A stretch of 64,000 nucleotides of DNA from Antedon mediterranea (GCF_964355755.1 NC_092675.1:14480912-14544911); one strand, 5' to 3'; positions 1 to 16,200 are shown, numbered from the stretch's first letter. A program made the numbers and translations. The notes: generated from the sequence alone by a model not told the origin.

Positions 1-2363
1 AGAGATAGATCAGCGAGAGAGAGATAGATCAGCGAGAGAGAGATATATAGATCAGCAAGAGAGAGATAGATAGATCAGCGAGAGAGAGATAGATAGATCA
101 GCGAGAGATAGATAAATAGATCAGCGAGAGAGAGATAGATCAGCGAGAGAGAGATAGATAGATCAGCGAGAGAGATAGAGAGATAGATCAGCGAGAGAGA
201 GATAGATCAGCGAGAGAGAGAGATATATATATCAGCGAGAGAGAGATAGATCAGCGAGAGAGAGATAGATCAGCGAGAGAGATATAGATCAGCGAGGGAG
301 AGATAGATCAACGAGAGAGAGATAGATCAGCGAGAGAGAGATAGATAGATCAGCGAGAGAGAGAGAGATATATCAGCAAGAGAGAGATAGATCAGCGAGA
401 GGGAGATAGATCAGCGAGAACGAGAGAGATAGATCAGCGAGAGAGAGATAGATCATTGAGAAAGAGATAGATCAGCGAGAGAGAAATAGATCAGCGAGAG
501 ATAGATAGATCAGCGAGAGAGAGATAGATCAGCGAGAGAGAGATAGATAGATCAGCGAGAGAGAGAGATAGATCAGCGAGAGAGAGATAGATCAGCGAGA
601 GAGAGAGAGAGAGAGAGAGATCTCAGCGAGAGAGAGATAGATCAGCGAGGGAGAGATAGATCAGCGAGAGAGAGATAGATCCGCGAGAGAGAGAGAGATA
701 GATCAGCGAGAGAGAGAGAGAGATAGATCAGTGAGAGAGAGAGATAGATCAGCAAGAGAGAGATAGATCAGTGAGAGAGAGATAAATCAGCGAGAGAGAG
801 ATAGATCAGCGAGAGAGAGATAGATAGATCAGAGAGAGAGATAGATAAGCGAGAGAGAGATAGATCAGAGAGAGAGCGATAGATAGATCAGCGAGAGAGA
901 GATAGATCAGCGAGAGAGAGAGAGATAGATAGATCAGAGAGAGAGAGAGACAGATCAGCGAGAGAGATATAGATCAGCGAGAGAGAGATAGATCAGCGAG
1001 AGAGAGATAGATAGATCGGGGAGAGAGAGAGATAGATAGATCAGCGAGATAGATAGATCAGCGAGAGAGATAGATCAGCGAGAGAGAAATAGATCAGAGA
1101 GAGAGAGAGAGAGAGAGAGATAGATCAGCGAGAGAGAGAGATAGATAGATCAGCGAGAAAGAGATAGGTAGATCAGTGAGAGAAAGATAGATAGAACAGC
1201 GAGAGAGAGATAGATAGATCAGCGAGAGAGAGAGATAGATCAGCGAGAGAGAGAGATATATATATCAGCGAGAGAGAGATAGATCAGCGAGAGAGAGAGA
1301 TAGATCAGCGAGAGAGAGATAGATCAGCGAGGGAGAGATAGATCAACGAGAGAGAGATAGATCAGCGAGAGAGAGATAGATAGATCAGCGAGAGAGAGAG
1401 ATATATCAGCAAGAGAGAGATAGATCAGCGTGAGGGAGATAGATCAGCGAGATAGAGATAGATCAGCGAGAAAGAGATAGATCAGCGAGAGAGAAATAGA
1501 TCAGCGAGAGATAGATAGATCAGCGAGAGAGAGATAGATCAGCGAGAGAGAGATAGATAGATCAGCGAGAGAGAGAGATATAGATCAGCGAGAGAGAGAT
1601 AGATCAGCGAGAGAGAGATAGATAAATCAGCGAGAGAGAGATAGATCAGCGAGAGAGAGAGAGATAGATAGATCAGCGAGAGAAAGATAGATAGATCAGC
1701 GAGAGAGAGAGATAGATAGATCAGCGAGAGAGAGATAGATCAACGAGAGAGAGATAGATAGATCAGCGAGAGAGAGATAGATCAGTGAGAGAGAGATATA
1801 TAGATCAGCGAGAGAGAGAGATAGATCAGCGAGAGAGAGATAGATAGATCAGCGAGAGAGAGATAGATAGATCAGCGAGAGATAGATAAATAGATCAGCG
1901 AGAGAGAGATAGATCAGCGAGAGAGAGATAGATAGATCAGCGAGAGAGATAGAGAGATAGATCAGCGAGAGAGAGATAGATCAGCGAGAGAGAGAGATAT
2001 ATATATCAGCGAGAGAGAGATAGATCAGCGAGAGAGAGATAGATCAGCGAGAGAGATATAGATCAGCGAGGGAGAGATAGATCAACGAGAGAGAGATAGA
2101 TCAGCGAGAGAGAGATAGATAGATCAGCGAGAGAGAGAGATATATCAGCAAGAGAGAGATAGATCAGCGAGAGGGAGATAGATCAGCGAGAACGAGAGAG
2201 ATAGATCAGCGAGAGAGAGATAGATCATTGAGAAAGAGATAGATCAGCGAGAGAGAAATAGATCAGCGAGAGATAGATAGATCAGCGAGAGAGAGATAGA
2301 TCAGCGAGAGAGAGATAGATAGATCAGCGAGAGAGAGAGATAGATCAGCGAGAGAGAGATAGA

Positions 2364-2411
<48 letters not shown>

Positions 2412-5400
2412 CAGCGAGAGAGAGATAGATCAGCGAGGGAGAGATAGATCAGCGAGAGAGAGATAGATCCGCGAGAGAGAGAGAGATAGATCAGCGAGAG
2501 AGAGAGAGAGATAGATCAGTGAGAGAGAGAGATAGATCAGCAAGAGAGAGATAGATCAGTGAGAGAGAGATAGATCAGCGAGAGAGAGATAGATCAGTGA
2601 GAGAGAGATAGATAGATCAGAGAGAGAGAGATAGATAAGCGAGAGAGAGATAGATCAGAGAGAGAGCGATAGATAGATCAGCGAGAGAGAGATAGATCAG
2701 CGAGAGAGAGATAGATCAGCGAGAGAGAGAGAGATAGATAGATCAGAGAGAGAGAGATAGATCAGCGAGAGAGATATAGATCAGCGAGAGAGAGATAGAT
2801 CAGCGAGAGAGAGATAGATAGATCAGGGAGAGAGAGAGATAGATAGATCAGCGAGATAGATAGATCAGCGAGAGAGATAGATCAGCGAGAGAGAAATAGA
2901 TCAGAGAGAGAGAGAGAGAGAGAGAAATAGATCAGCGAGAGAGAGAGATAGATAGATCAGCGAGAAAGAGATAGGTAGATCAGTGAGAGAGAGAGATAGA
3001 TAGAACAGCGAGAGAGAGATAGATAGATCAGCGAGAGAGAGAGATAGATCAGCGAGAGAGAGAGATATATATATCAGCGAGAGAGAGATAGATCAGCGAG
3101 AGAGAGAGATAGATCAGCGAGAGAGAGATAGATCAGCGAGGGAGAGATAGATCAACGAGAGAGAGATAGATCAGCGAGAGAGAGATAGATAGATCAGCGA
3201 GAGAGAGAGATATATCAGCAAGAGAGAGATAGATCAGCGTGAAGGAGATAGATCAGCGAGAGCGAGAGAAATAGATCAGCGAGAGAGAGATAGATCAGCG
3301 AGAAAGAGATAGATCAGCGAGAGAGAAATAGATCAGCGAGAGATAGATAGATCAGCGAGAGAGAGATAGATCAGCGAGAGAGAGATAGATAGATCAGCGA
3401 GAGAGAGAGATATAGATCAGCGAGAGAGAGATAGATCAGCGAGAGAGAGGAGGAGAGAGATCTCAGCGAGAGAGAGATAGATCAGCGAGGGAGAGATAGA
3501 TCAGCGAGAGAGAGATAGATCCGCGAGAGAGAGAGATAGATCAGCGAGAGAGAGAGAGATAGATCAGTGAGAGAGAGAGATAGATCAGCAAGAGAGAGAT
3601 AGATCAGCGAGAGAGAGATAGATCAGCGAGAGAGAGATAGATCAGCGAGAGAGAGATAGATAGATCAGAGAGAGAGAGAGATAGATCAGCAAGAGAGAGA
3701 TAGATCAGCGAGAGAGAGATAGATCAGCGAGAGAGAGAGATAGATCAGCGAGAGAGAGATAGATAGATCAGAGAGAGAGAGATAGGTCAGCGAGAGAGAG
3801 ATAGATCAGAGAGAGAGAGCGATAGATAGATCAGCGAGAGAGAGAGATAGATCAGCGAGAGAGAGATAGATAGATCAGCGAGAGAGAGATAGATCAGTGA
3901 GAAAGAGAGATATATAGATCAGCGAGAGAGAGATAGATCAGCGAGAGAGAGATAGATAGATCAGCGAGAGAGAGATAGATAGATCAGCGAGAGATAGATA
4001 AATAGATCAGCGAGAAAGAGAGATAGATCAGCGAGAGAGAGATAGATCAGCGAGAGAGAGATAGATCAGCGAGAGAGAGAGATATATATATCAGCGAGAG
4101 AGAGATAGATCAGCGAGAGAGAGATAGATTAGCGAGAGAGAGATAGATCAGCGAGGGAGAGATAGATCAACGAGAGAGAGATAGATCAGCGAGGGAGAGA
4201 GATAGATCAGTGAGAGAGAGAGATAGATCAGCGAGAGAAAGATAGATCAGCGAGAGAGAGATATATAGATCAGCGAGAGAGAGATAGATCAGCGAGAGAG
4301 AGATAGATAGATCAGCGAGAGAGAGATAGATCAGCGAGAGAGAGAGATAGATCATCGAGAGAGAGATAGATCAGCGAGAGAGAGATTGATAGATAGGCGA
4401 GAGAGAGATAGATAGATCGGAAAGAGAGAGAGAGAGAGATAGATAGATCAGCGAGAGAGAGATAGATCAGCAAGAGAGAGACAGATAGGTCAGCGAGAGA
4501 GAGATAGATCAGCGAGAGAGAGATAGATCAGCGAGAGAGAGATATATAGATCAGCAAGAGAGAGATAGATCAGCAAGAGAGAGATAGATCAGTGAGAGAG
4601 AGATAGATCAGCGAGAGAGAGATAGATGAGCGCGAGAGAGATAGATAGATCACAGAGAGAGAGATAGATAAGCGAGAGAGAGATAGATCAGAGAGAGAGC
4701 GATAGATAGATCAGCGAGAAAGAGATAGATCAGCGAGAGAGAGAGATAGATAGATCAGAGAGAGAGAGAGAGAGAGATAGATCAGCGAGAGAGATATAGA
4801 TCAGCGAGAGAGAGATAGATCAGCGAGAGAGAGATAGATAGATCGGGGAGAGAGAGAGATAGATAGATCAGCGAGATAGATAGATCAGCGAGAGAGATAG
4901 ATCAGCGAGAGAGAAAATGATCAGAGAGAGAGAGAGAGATAGATCAGCGAGAGAGAGAGATAGATAGATCACAGAGAGAGAGATAGATAAGCGAGAGAGA
5001 GATAGATCAGAGAGAGAGCGATAGATAGATCAGCGAGAAAGAGATAGATCAGCGAGAGAGAGAGATAGATAGATCAGAGAGAGAGAGAGAGAGAGAGATC
5101 AGCGAGAGAGATATAGATCAGCGAGAGAGAGATAGATCAGCGAGAGAGAGATAGATAGATCGGGGAGAGAGAGAGATAGATAGATCAGCGAGATAGATAG
5201 ATCAGCGAGAGAGATAGATCAGCGAGAGAGAAATAGATCAGAGAGAGAGAGAGAGATAGATCAGCGAGAGAGAGAGATAGATAGATCAGCGAGAAAGAGA
5301 TAGGTAGATCAGCGAGAGAGAGATAGATAGATCAGCGAGAGAGAGATAGATAGATCAGCGAGAGAGAGATAGATCAGCGAGAGAGAGATAGATAAGCGAT

Positions 5401-5917
5401 AGAGAGATAGATCAGCGAGAGAGATAGATAGAACAGCGAGAGAGAGATAGATAGATCAGCGAGAGAGAGAGATAGATCAGCGAGAGAGAGATAGATCAGC
5501 GAGAGAGAGATAGATCAGCGAGAGAGAGATAGATCAGCGAGAGCAAGAGAGATAGATCAGCGAGAGAGAGATAGATCAGCGAGAGATAGATAGATAGATC
5601 AGCGAGAGAGAGATATATCAGCAAGAGAGAGATACATAGATCAGCGAGAAAGAGAGATAGATCAGCGAGAGAGAGAGATATATATATATATATAGATCAG
5701 CGAGAGAGAGATAGATCAGCGAGAGAGAGATAGATCAGCGAGAGAGAGATAGATCAGCGAGAGAGAGATAGATCAGCGAGGGAGAGATAGATCAACGAGA
5801 GATAGATAGAACAGCGAGAGAGAGATAGATAGACCAGCGAGAGAGAGAGAGATAGATCAGCGAGAGAGAGATAGATCAGCGAGAGAGAGATAGATAGATC
5901 AGCGAGAGAGAGATAGA

Positions 5918-5949
<32 letters not shown>

Positions 5950-7208
5950 CTAGATAGATCAGCGAGAGAGAGCTAGATAGATCAGCGAGAGAGAGATTGA
6001 TCAGCGAGAGAGAGATAGATCAGCAAGAGAGAGAGATAGATCAGCAAGGGAGAGATAGATCAACGAGAGAGATAGATCAGCGAGAGAGAGATAGATAGAT
6101 CAGTGAGAGAGAGATAGATCAACGAGAGAGAGATATATATCAGCGGGAGAGAGATAGATCAGCGAGAGAGAGATAGATCAGCGAGAAGGAGATAGATCAA
6201 CGAGAGAGATAGATCAGCGAGAAAGAGAGTGATAGATCAGCGAGAGATAGAAAGATCAGCGAGATAGAGATTGATAGATAAGCGAGAGAGAGATAGATCA
6301 GCGAGAGAGAGATAGATCAGCCAGAGAGAGATAGACAGATCAGCGAGAGAGATATATCAGCGAGAGAGAGATAGATAGATCAGCGAGAGAGAGATAAATA
6401 GATCAGCGAGAGAGAGAGATAGATAGATCAGCGAGAGAGAGAGATAGATCAGCGAGAAAGAGATAGATAGATCAGCGAGAGAGAGATAGATCAGCGAGAG
6501 AGAGATATATAGATCAGCGAGAGAGAGATAGATCAGCGAGAGAGAGATAGATAGAACAGCGAGAGAGAGAGATAGATAGATCAGCGAGAGAGAGATAGAT
6601 CAGCGAGAGAGATAGATAGATCAGCGAGAGATAGATAGATAAGCGAGAGAGAGATAGATCAGCGAGAGAGAGATAGATCAGCGAGAGAGAGATAGATCAG
6701 CGAGAGAGAGATAGATCAGCAAGAGAGAGATAGATAGATCAGCGAGAGAGAGATAGATCAGCGAGAGAGAGATAGATCAGCGAGAGACAGATAAATCAAC
6801 GAGAGAGAGATAGGTCAGCGAGAGAGAGATAGATCAGCGAGAAACAGATAGATCAGCGAGAGATAGATCAGCGAGAGAGAGAGAGATAGATCAGCGAGAG
6901 AGAGATAGATCAGCGATAGAGAGATAGATCGATCAGCGAGAGACAGATCAGCGAGAGAGAGATAGATCAGCGAGAGAGAGATAGATAAACGAGAGAGATA
7001 TAGATCAGCGAGAGAGAGATAGATCAGCGAGAGTGAGATAGATCAGCGAGAGAGAGATAGATCAGCGAGAGAGAGATAGATCAGCGAGAGAGAGAGAGAT
7101 AGATCAGCGAGAGAAAGAGAGAGATAGATCAGCGAGAGAGAGAGAGATAGATCAGCAAGAGAGAGATAGATCAGCGAGAGAGAGATAGATCAGCGAGAGA
7201 GAGATAGA

Positions 7209-7249
<41 letters not shown>

Positions 7250-10200
7250 AGCGAGAGAGAGAGATAGATCAGCAAGAGAGAGATAGATCAGCGAGAGCGA
7301 TAGATCAGCTAGAGAGAGATAGATCAGCTAGAGAGAGATAGATAGATCATCGAGAGAGAGAGATAGATATAGATCAGCGAGAGAGAGAGAGAGATCAGCG
7401 AGAGAGATAGATCAGCGAGAGAGAGAGATAGATAGATCAGCGAGAGAGAGATAGATAGATCAGCGAGAGAGAGATAGATCAGCAAGAGAGATAGATCAGC
7501 GAGAGAGAAATAGATCAGCGAGAGAGAGTTAGATTAGCGAGAGAGAGATAGATAGATCAGCGAGAGAGAAATAGGTAGATCAGCGAGAGAGAGAGAGAGA
7601 TAGATAGATCAGCGAGAGAGAGATAGATAGATCAGCGAGAGAGATAGATAGATCAGCGAGAGAGAGATAGATCAGCGATAGAGAGATAGATCAGCGAGAG
7701 AGAGATAGATAGATCAGCGAGAGAGAGATAGATAGATCAGCGAGAGAGATAGATCAGCGAGAGAGAGATAGATCAGCGAGAGAGAGATAGATCAGCGAGA
7801 GAGAGATATATCAGCGAGAGCGAGAGAGATAGATCAGCGAGAGAGAGAGATAGATCAGCGAGAAAGAGATAGATCAGCGAGAGAGAGATAGATCAGCGAG
7901 AGATAGATAGATAGATCAGTGAGAGAGAGATAGATAGATCAGCGAGAGAGAGATAGATCAGCGAGAGAGGGATAGATCAGCGAGAGAGAGATAGATCAGC
8001 GAGAGAGATATAGATCAGTGAGAGAGAGATAGATCAGCGAGAGAGAGATAGATCAGCGAGGGAGAGATAGATCAACGAGAGAGAGATAGATCAGCGAGAG
8101 AAAGATAGATAGATCAGCGAGAGAGAGATATATCTCAGCGAGAGAGAGATAGATTAGCGAGAAAGAGATAAATCAGCGAGAGGGAGATAGATCAGCGAGA
8201 GCGAGAGAGATAGATCAGCGACAGAGAGATAGATCAGCGAGAGATAGATAGATAGATCAGCGAGAGAGAGATAGATAGATCAGCGAGAGAGAGATAGATC
8301 AGCGAGAGAGAGGTATATAAATCAGCGAGAGAGAGAGAGATAGATCAGCGAGAGAGATAGATCAGCGAGAGAGAGATAGATCAGCGAGGGAGAGATAGAT
8401 TAACGAGAGAGAGAGATAGATAGATCCGAGAGAGAGAGACAGATAGATCAGCGAGAGAGAGATAGATCAGCGAGAGAGAGACAGATAGGTCAGCGAGACA
8501 CAGATAGATCAGCGAGAGAGAGAGAGATAGATAGATCAGCGATAGAGAGATAAATAGATCAGCGAGAGAGAGATAGATCAGCGAGAGAGAGATAGATAGA
8601 TCAGCGAGAGAGAGATAGATCAGCGAGAGAGAGAGCTAGATAGTTCAGCGAGAGAGAGATAGATCACCGAGAGAGAGAGATAGATCAGCGAGAGAGAGAT
8701 AGATCAGCAAGAGAGAGATAGATCAGCGAGGGAGAGATAGATCAACGAGAGAGAGATAGATCAGCGAGATAGAGATAGATAGATCAGTGAGAGAGAGATA
8801 TATCAGCGAGAGAGAGATAGATCAGCGAGAGAGAGATAGATCAGCGAGAAGGAGATAGATCAGCGAGAGAGATAGATCAGTGAGAGAGAGAGTTATAGAT
8901 CAGCGAGAGAGATAGATCAGCGAGAGAAAGATAGATCAGCGAGAGAGATAGATCAGCGAGAGAGAGATAGATAGATAGATCAGCGAGAGAGAGATAGATA
9001 GATCAGCGAGAGAAAGATAGATCAGCGAGAGAGAGATATATAAATCAGCGAGAGAGAGAGATAGATCAGCGAGAGAGATAGATCAGCGAGAGAGAGATAG
9101 ATCAGCGAGGGAGAGATAGATTAACGAGAGAGAGAGATAGATAGATCCGAGAGAGAGAGATAGATAGATCAGCGAGAGAGAGAGATAGATCAGCGAGAGA
9201 GAGACAGATAGGTCAGCGAGAGACAGATAGATCAGCGAGAGAGAGAGATAGATAGATCAGCGAGAGAGAGATAAATAGATCAGCGAGAGAGAGATAGATC
9301 AGCGAGAGAGAGATAGATAGATCAGCGAGAGAGAGATAGATCAGCGAGAGAGAGATAGATAGATCAGCGAGAGAGAGATAGATCACCGAGAGAGAGATAG
9401 ATCAGCGAGAGAGAGATAGATCAGCAAGAGAGAGATAGATCAGCGAGGGAGAAATAGATCAACGAGAGAGAGATAGATCAGCGAGAGAGAGATAGATAGA
9501 TAATTGAGAGAGAGAGATATATCAGCGAGAGAGAGATAGATCAGCGAGAGAGAGATAGATCAGCGAGAAGGAGATAGATCAGCGAGAGAGATAGATCAGC
9601 GAGAGAGAGAGTGATAGATCAGCGAGAGAGATAGATCAGCGAGAGAAAGATAGATCAGCGAGAGAGATAGATCAGCGAGAGAGAGATAGATAGATCAGCG
9701 AGAGAGAGATAGATCAGCGAGAGAGAGCTAGATAGATCAGCGAGAGAGATAGATCAGCGAGAGAGAGAGATAGATCAGCGAGAGTGAGATAGATAGATCG
9801 GAGAGAGAGATAGATAGATCAGCGAGAGAGAGATAGATCAGCGAGAGAGAGATAGATAGATCAGCGAGAGAGAGATAAATAGATCAGCGTGAGAGAGATA
9901 GATCAGCGACAGAGAGATAGATAGATCAGCGAGAGAGAGAGATAGATAGATCAGAGAGAGAGATAGATCAGCGAGAGAGAGAGAGAGATAGATAGATAAG
10001 CGAGAGAGAGAGATAGATCAGCGAGAGAGAGATAGATAGATCAGCGAGAGAGAGAGATATATCAGCGAGAGAGATAGATCAGCGAGAAAGAGATAGATCA
10101 GCGAGAAGGAGATAGATCAGCGAGAGAGATAGATCAGCGAGAGAGAGAGTGATAGATCAGCGAGAGAGAGATAGATCAGCGAGAGAGAGATAGATAGATC

Positions 10201-13200
10201 AGCGAGAGAGAGATATATCAGCGAGAGAGAGATAGATCAGCGAGAGTGAGATAGATAGATCGGAGAGAGAGATAGATAGATCAGCGAGAGAGAGATAGAT
10301 CAGCGAGAGAGAGATAGATAGATCAGCGAGAGAGAGATAAATAGATCAGCGAGAGAGAGATAGATCAGCGAGAGAGAGATAGATAGATCAGTGAGAGAGA
10401 GAGAGATAGATAGATCAGAGAGAGAGATAGATCAGCGAGAGTGAGAGAGAGAGAGATAGATAGATCAGCGAGAGAGAGAGAGAGATAGATCAGCGATAGA
10501 GAGATAGATAGATCAGCGAGAGAGAGAGATATATAAGCGAGAGAGATAGATCAGCGAGAGAGAGATAGATCAGCGAGAAGGAGATAGATCAGCGAGAGAG
10601 ATAGATCAGTGGGAGAGAGAGAGTGATAGATCAGCGAGAGAGAGATAGATAGATCAGCGAGAGAGAAATATATCAGCGAGAGAGAGATAGATCAGCGAGA
10701 GAGAGATAGATCAGCGAGAGAGAGATAGATCAGCGAGAGAGAGAGTGATAGATCAGCGAGAGAGAGATAGATCAGCGAGAGAGAGATAGATCAGCGAGAA
10801 AGATAGATCAGCGAGAGAGAGATAGATAGATCAGCGAAAGAGAGATAGATCAGCAAGAGAGATTGATAGATCAGCGAGAGAGAGGTAGGTCAGTGAGAGA
10901 GAGATAGATAGATCAGCGAGAGAGAGATAGATAGATCGGAGAGAGAGAGATAGATAGATCAGCGAGAGAGAGATAGATCAGCGAGAGAGAGCTAGATAGA
11001 TCAGCGAGAGAGATAGATCAGCGAGAGAGAGAGATAGATCAGCGAGAGTGAGATAGATAGATCAGAGAGAGATAGATAGATCAGCGAGAGAGAGATATAT
11101 CAGCGAGAGAGATAGATCAGCGAGAAAGAGATAGATCAGCGAGAAGGAGATAGATCAGCGAGAGAGATAGATCAGCGAGAGAGAGAGTGATAGATCGGCG
11201 AGAGAGAGATAGATCAGCGAGAGAGAGATAGATAGAACAGCGAGAGAGAGATATATCAGCGAGAGAGAGATAGATCAGCGAGAGTGAGATAGATAGATCG
11301 GAGAGAGAGATAGATAGATCAGCGAGAGAGAGATAGATCAGCGAGAAAGAGATAGATAGATCAGCGAGAGAGAGATAAATAGATCAGCGAGAGAGAGATA
11401 GATAGATCAGCGAGAGAGAGAGATATAGATAGATCAGAGAGAGAGATAGATCAGCGAGAGAGAGAGAGAGATAGATAGATCAGCGAGAGAGAGAGAGATA
11501 GATCAGCGAGAGAGAGATAGATAGATCAGCGAGAGAGATATATATCAGCGAGAGAGATAGATCAGCGAGAGAGAGATAGATCAGCGAGAAGGAGATAGAT
11601 CAGCGAGAGAGATAGATCAGTGAGAGAGAGAGTGATAGATCAGCGAGAGAGAGATAGATAGATCAGCGAGAGAGAGATATATCAGCGAGAGAGAGATAGA
11701 TCAGCGAGAGGGAGATAGATCAGCGAGAGAGAGATAGATCAGCGAGAGAGAGATAGATCAGCGAGAGAGAGAGTGATAGATCAGCGAGAGAGAGATAGAT
11801 CAGCGAGAGAGAGATAGATCAGCGAGAAAGATAGATCAGCGAGAGAGAGATAGATAGATCAGCAAAAGAGAGATAGATCAGCAAGAGAGATTGATAGATC
11901 AGCGAGAGAGAGGTAGGTCAGTGAGCGAGAGATAGATAGATCAGCGAGAGAGAGATAGATAGATCGGAGAGAGAGAGATAGATAGATCAGCAAGAGAGAG
12001 ATTGATCAGCGAGAGAGAGACAGACGGGTCAGCGAGAGAGAGATAGATCAGCGAGAGAGAGATAGATAGATCAGCGATAGAGAGATAAATAGATCAGCGA
12101 GAGAGAGATAGATCAGCGAGAGAGAGATAGATCAGCGAGAGAGAGATAGATCAGTGAGAGAGAGATAGATAGATCAGCGAGAGAGAGATAGACCAGCGAG
12201 AGAGAGATAGATCAGCGAGAGAGAGATAGATCAGCGAGAGAGAGATAGATCAGCGAGGGAGAGATAGATCAACGAGAGAGAGATAGATCAGCGAGAGAGA
12301 GATAGATAGATCATCGAGAGAGAGATATATCAGCGAGAGAGAGATAGATCAGCAAGAGAGAGATAGATCAGCGAGAGGGAGATAGATCAGCGAGAGAGAT
12401 AGATCAGCGAGAGAGAGAGAGTGATAGATCGGAGAGAAAGAGATAGATCAGCGAGAGAGAGAGATAGATCAGCGAGAGAGATAGTTCAGCGAGAAAGAGA
12501 TAGATAGATCAGCGAGAGAGAGATAGATAGATCAGCGAGAGAGAGATAGATCAGCGAGAGAGAGATAGATAGATCAGCGAGAGAGAGATTGATAGATCGG
12601 AGAGAAAGAGATAGATAGATCAGCGAGAGAGAGATAGATAGATCAGCGAGAGAGAGATAAATAGATCAGTGAGAGAGATAGATAAGCGAGAGAGAGATAG
12701 ATAGATCAGCGAGAGAGAGATAGATAGATCAGCGAGAGAGAGATAGACCAGCGAGAGAGAGATAGATCAGCGAGAGAGAGATAGATCAGCGAGAGAGAGA
12801 TAGATCAGCGAGGGAGAGATAGATCAACGAGAGAGAGATAGATCAGCGAGAGAGAGATAGATAGATCATCGAGAGAGAGATATATCAGCGAGAGAGAGAT
12901 AGATCAGCAAGAGAGAGATAGATCAGCGAGAGGGAGATAGATCAGCGAGAGAGATAGATCAGCGAGAGAGAGAGAGTGATAGATCGGAGAGAAAGAGATA
13001 GATCAGCGAGAGAGAGAGATAGATCAGCGAGAGAGATAGTTCAGCGAGAAAGAGATAGATAGATCAGCGAGAGAGAGATAGATAGATCAGCGAGAGAGAG
13101 ATAGATCAGCGAGAGAGAGATAGATAGATCAGCGAGAGAGAGATTGATAGATCGGAGAGAGAGAGATAGATAGATCAGCGAGAGAGAGATAGATAGATCA

Positions 13201-16200
13201 GCGAGAGAGAGATAAATAGATCAGTGAGAGAGATAGATAAGCGAGAGAGAGATAGATAGATCAGCGAGAGAGAGATAGATCAGCGAGAGAGAGATAGATA
13301 GATCAGCGAGAGAGAGATAGATCAGCGAGAGAGAGAGATAGATAGATCAGCGAGAGAGAGATAGATAGATCGGAGAGAGAGAGATAGATAGATCAGTGAG
13401 AGAGATAGATCAGCGAGAGAGAGATAGATAGATCAGCGAGAGAGAGATAAATAGATCAGCGAGAGAGAGATAGATAGATCAGCGAGAGAGATATATATCA
13501 GCGAGAGAGATAGATCAGCGAGAGAGAGATAGATCAGCGAGAAGGAGATAGATCAGCGAGAGAGATAGATCAGCGAGAGAGAGATAGATAGATCAGCGAG
13601 AGAGATATATATCAGCGAGAGAGATAGATCAGCGAGAGAGAGATAGATCAGCGAGAAGGAGATAGATCAGCGAGAGAGATAGATCAGTGAGAGAGAGAGT
13701 GATAGATCAGCGAGAGAGAGATAGATAGATCAGCGAGAGAGAGATATATCAGCGAGAGAGAGATAGATCAGCGAGAGGGAGATAGATCAGCGAGAGAGAG
13801 ATAGATCAGCGAGAGAGAGATAGATCAGCGAGAGAGAGAGTGATAGATCAGCGAGAGAGAGATAGATCAGCGAGAGAGAGATAGATCAGCGAGAAAGATA
13901 GATCAGCGAGAGAGAGATAGATAGATCAGCAAAAGAGAGATAGATCAGCAAGAGAGATTGATAGATCAGCGAGAGAGAGGTAGGTCAGTGAGCGAGAGAT
14001 AGATAGATCAGCGAGAGAGAGATAGATAGATCGGAGAGAGAGAGATAGATAGATCAGCGAGAGAGAGATTGATCAGCGAGAGAGAGACAGACGGGTCAGC
14101 GAGAGAGAGATAGATCAGCGAGAGAGAGATAGATAGATCAGCGAGAGAGAGATAAATAGATCAGCGAGAGAGAGATAGATCAGCGAGAGAGAGATAGATC
14201 AGCGAGAGAGAGATAGATCAGTGAGAGAGAGATAGATAGATCAGCGAGAGAGAGATAGACCAGCGAGAGAGAGATAGATCAGCGAGAGAGAGATAGATCA
14301 GCGAGAGAGAGATAGATCAGCGAGGGAGAGATAGATCAACGAGAGAGAGATAGATCAGCGAGAGAGAGATAGATAGATCATCGAGAGAGAGATATATCAG
14401 CGAGAGAGAGATAGATCAGCAAGAGAGAGATAGATCAGCGAGAGGGAGATAGATCAGCGAGAGAGATAGATCAGCGAGAGAGAGAGAGTGATAGATCGGA
14501 GAGAAAGAGATAGATCAGCGAGAGAGAGAGATAGATCAGCGAGAGAGATAGTTCAGCGAGAAAGAGATAGATAGATCAGCGAGAGAGAGATAGATAGATC
14601 AGCGAGAGAGAGATAGATCAGCGAGAGAGAGATAGATAGATCAGCGAGAGAGAGATTGATAGATCGGAGAGAGAGAGATAGATAGATCAGCGAGAGAGAG
14701 ATAGATAGATCAGCGAGAGAGAGATAAATAGATCAGTGAGAGAGATAGATAAGCGAGAGAGAGATAGATAGATCAGCGAGAGAGAGATAGATAGATCAGC
14801 GAGAGAGAGATAGACCAGCGAGAGAGAGATAGATCAGCGAGAGAGAGATAGATCAGCGAGAGAGAGATAGATCAGCGAGGGAGAGATAGATCAACGAGAG
14901 AGAGATAGATCAGCGAGAGAGAGATAGATAGATCATCGAGAGAGAGATATATCAGCGAGAGAGAGATAGATCAGCAAGAGAGAGATAGATCAGCGAGAGG
15001 GAGATAGATCAGCGAGAGAGATAGATCAGCGAGAGAGAGAGAGTGATAGATCGGAGAGAAAGAGATAGATCAGCGAGAGAGAGAGATAGATCAGCGAGAG
15101 AGATAGTTCAGCGAGAAAGAGATAGATAGATCAGCGAGAGAGAGATAGATAGATCAGCGAGAGAGAGATAGATCAGCGAGAGAGAGATAGATAGATCAGC
15201 GAGAGAGAGATTGATAGATCGGAGAGAGAGAGATAGATAGATCAGCGAGAGAGAGATAGATAGATCAGCGAGAGAGAGATAAATAGATCAGTGAGAGAGA
15301 TAGATAAGCGAGAGAGAGATAGATAGATCAGCGAGAGAGAGATAGATCAGCGAGAGAGAGATAGATAGATCAGCGAGAGAGAGATAGATCAGCGAGAGAG
15401 AGAGATAGATAGATCAGCGAGAGAGAGATAGATAGATCGGAGAGAGAGAGATAGATAGATCAGTGAGAGAGATAGATCAGCGAGAGAGAGATAGATAGAT
15501 CAGCGAGAGAGAGATAAATAGATCAGCGAGAGAGATAGATAAGCGAGAGAGAGATAGATAGATCAGCGAGAGAGAGAGATAGATCAGCGAGAGAGAGATA
15601 GATAGATCAGCGAGAGAGAGATAGATAAGCAAGAGAGATAGATAGATAGATCAGAGAAAGAGAGAGAGAGATCAGCGAGAGAGAGATAGATCAGCGAGAG
15701 AGAGATAGATCAGCGAGAGAGAGATAGATAGATCAGCGAGAGAGAGATAGATCAGCGAGAGAGAGATAGATCAGCGAGAGAGATAGATCAGCGAGAGAGA
15801 GATAGATCAGCGAGAGAGAGATATATAGATCAGCAAGAGAGAGATAGATCAGCGAGAGAGATATAGTTCAGCGAGAGAGAGATAGATCAGCGAGAGAGAG
15901 AGATAGATCAGCGAGGGAGAGATAGATCAGCGAGAGAGAGAGATAGATCAGCGAGAGGGAGATAGATCAGCGAGAGAGAGATAGATCAGCGAGAAAGAGA
16001 GTGATAGATCAGCGAGAGAGAGAGATAGATCAGCGAGAGAGAGAGATAGATCAGCGAGAGAGATAGATCAGAAAGAGAGAGATAGATAGATAACCGAGAG
16101 AGAGATAGATCAGCGAGAGAGATTAATAGATCAGCGAGAGAGAGATAGGTCAGTGAGAGAGAGATAGATAGATCAGCGAGAGAGAGATAGATAGATCGGA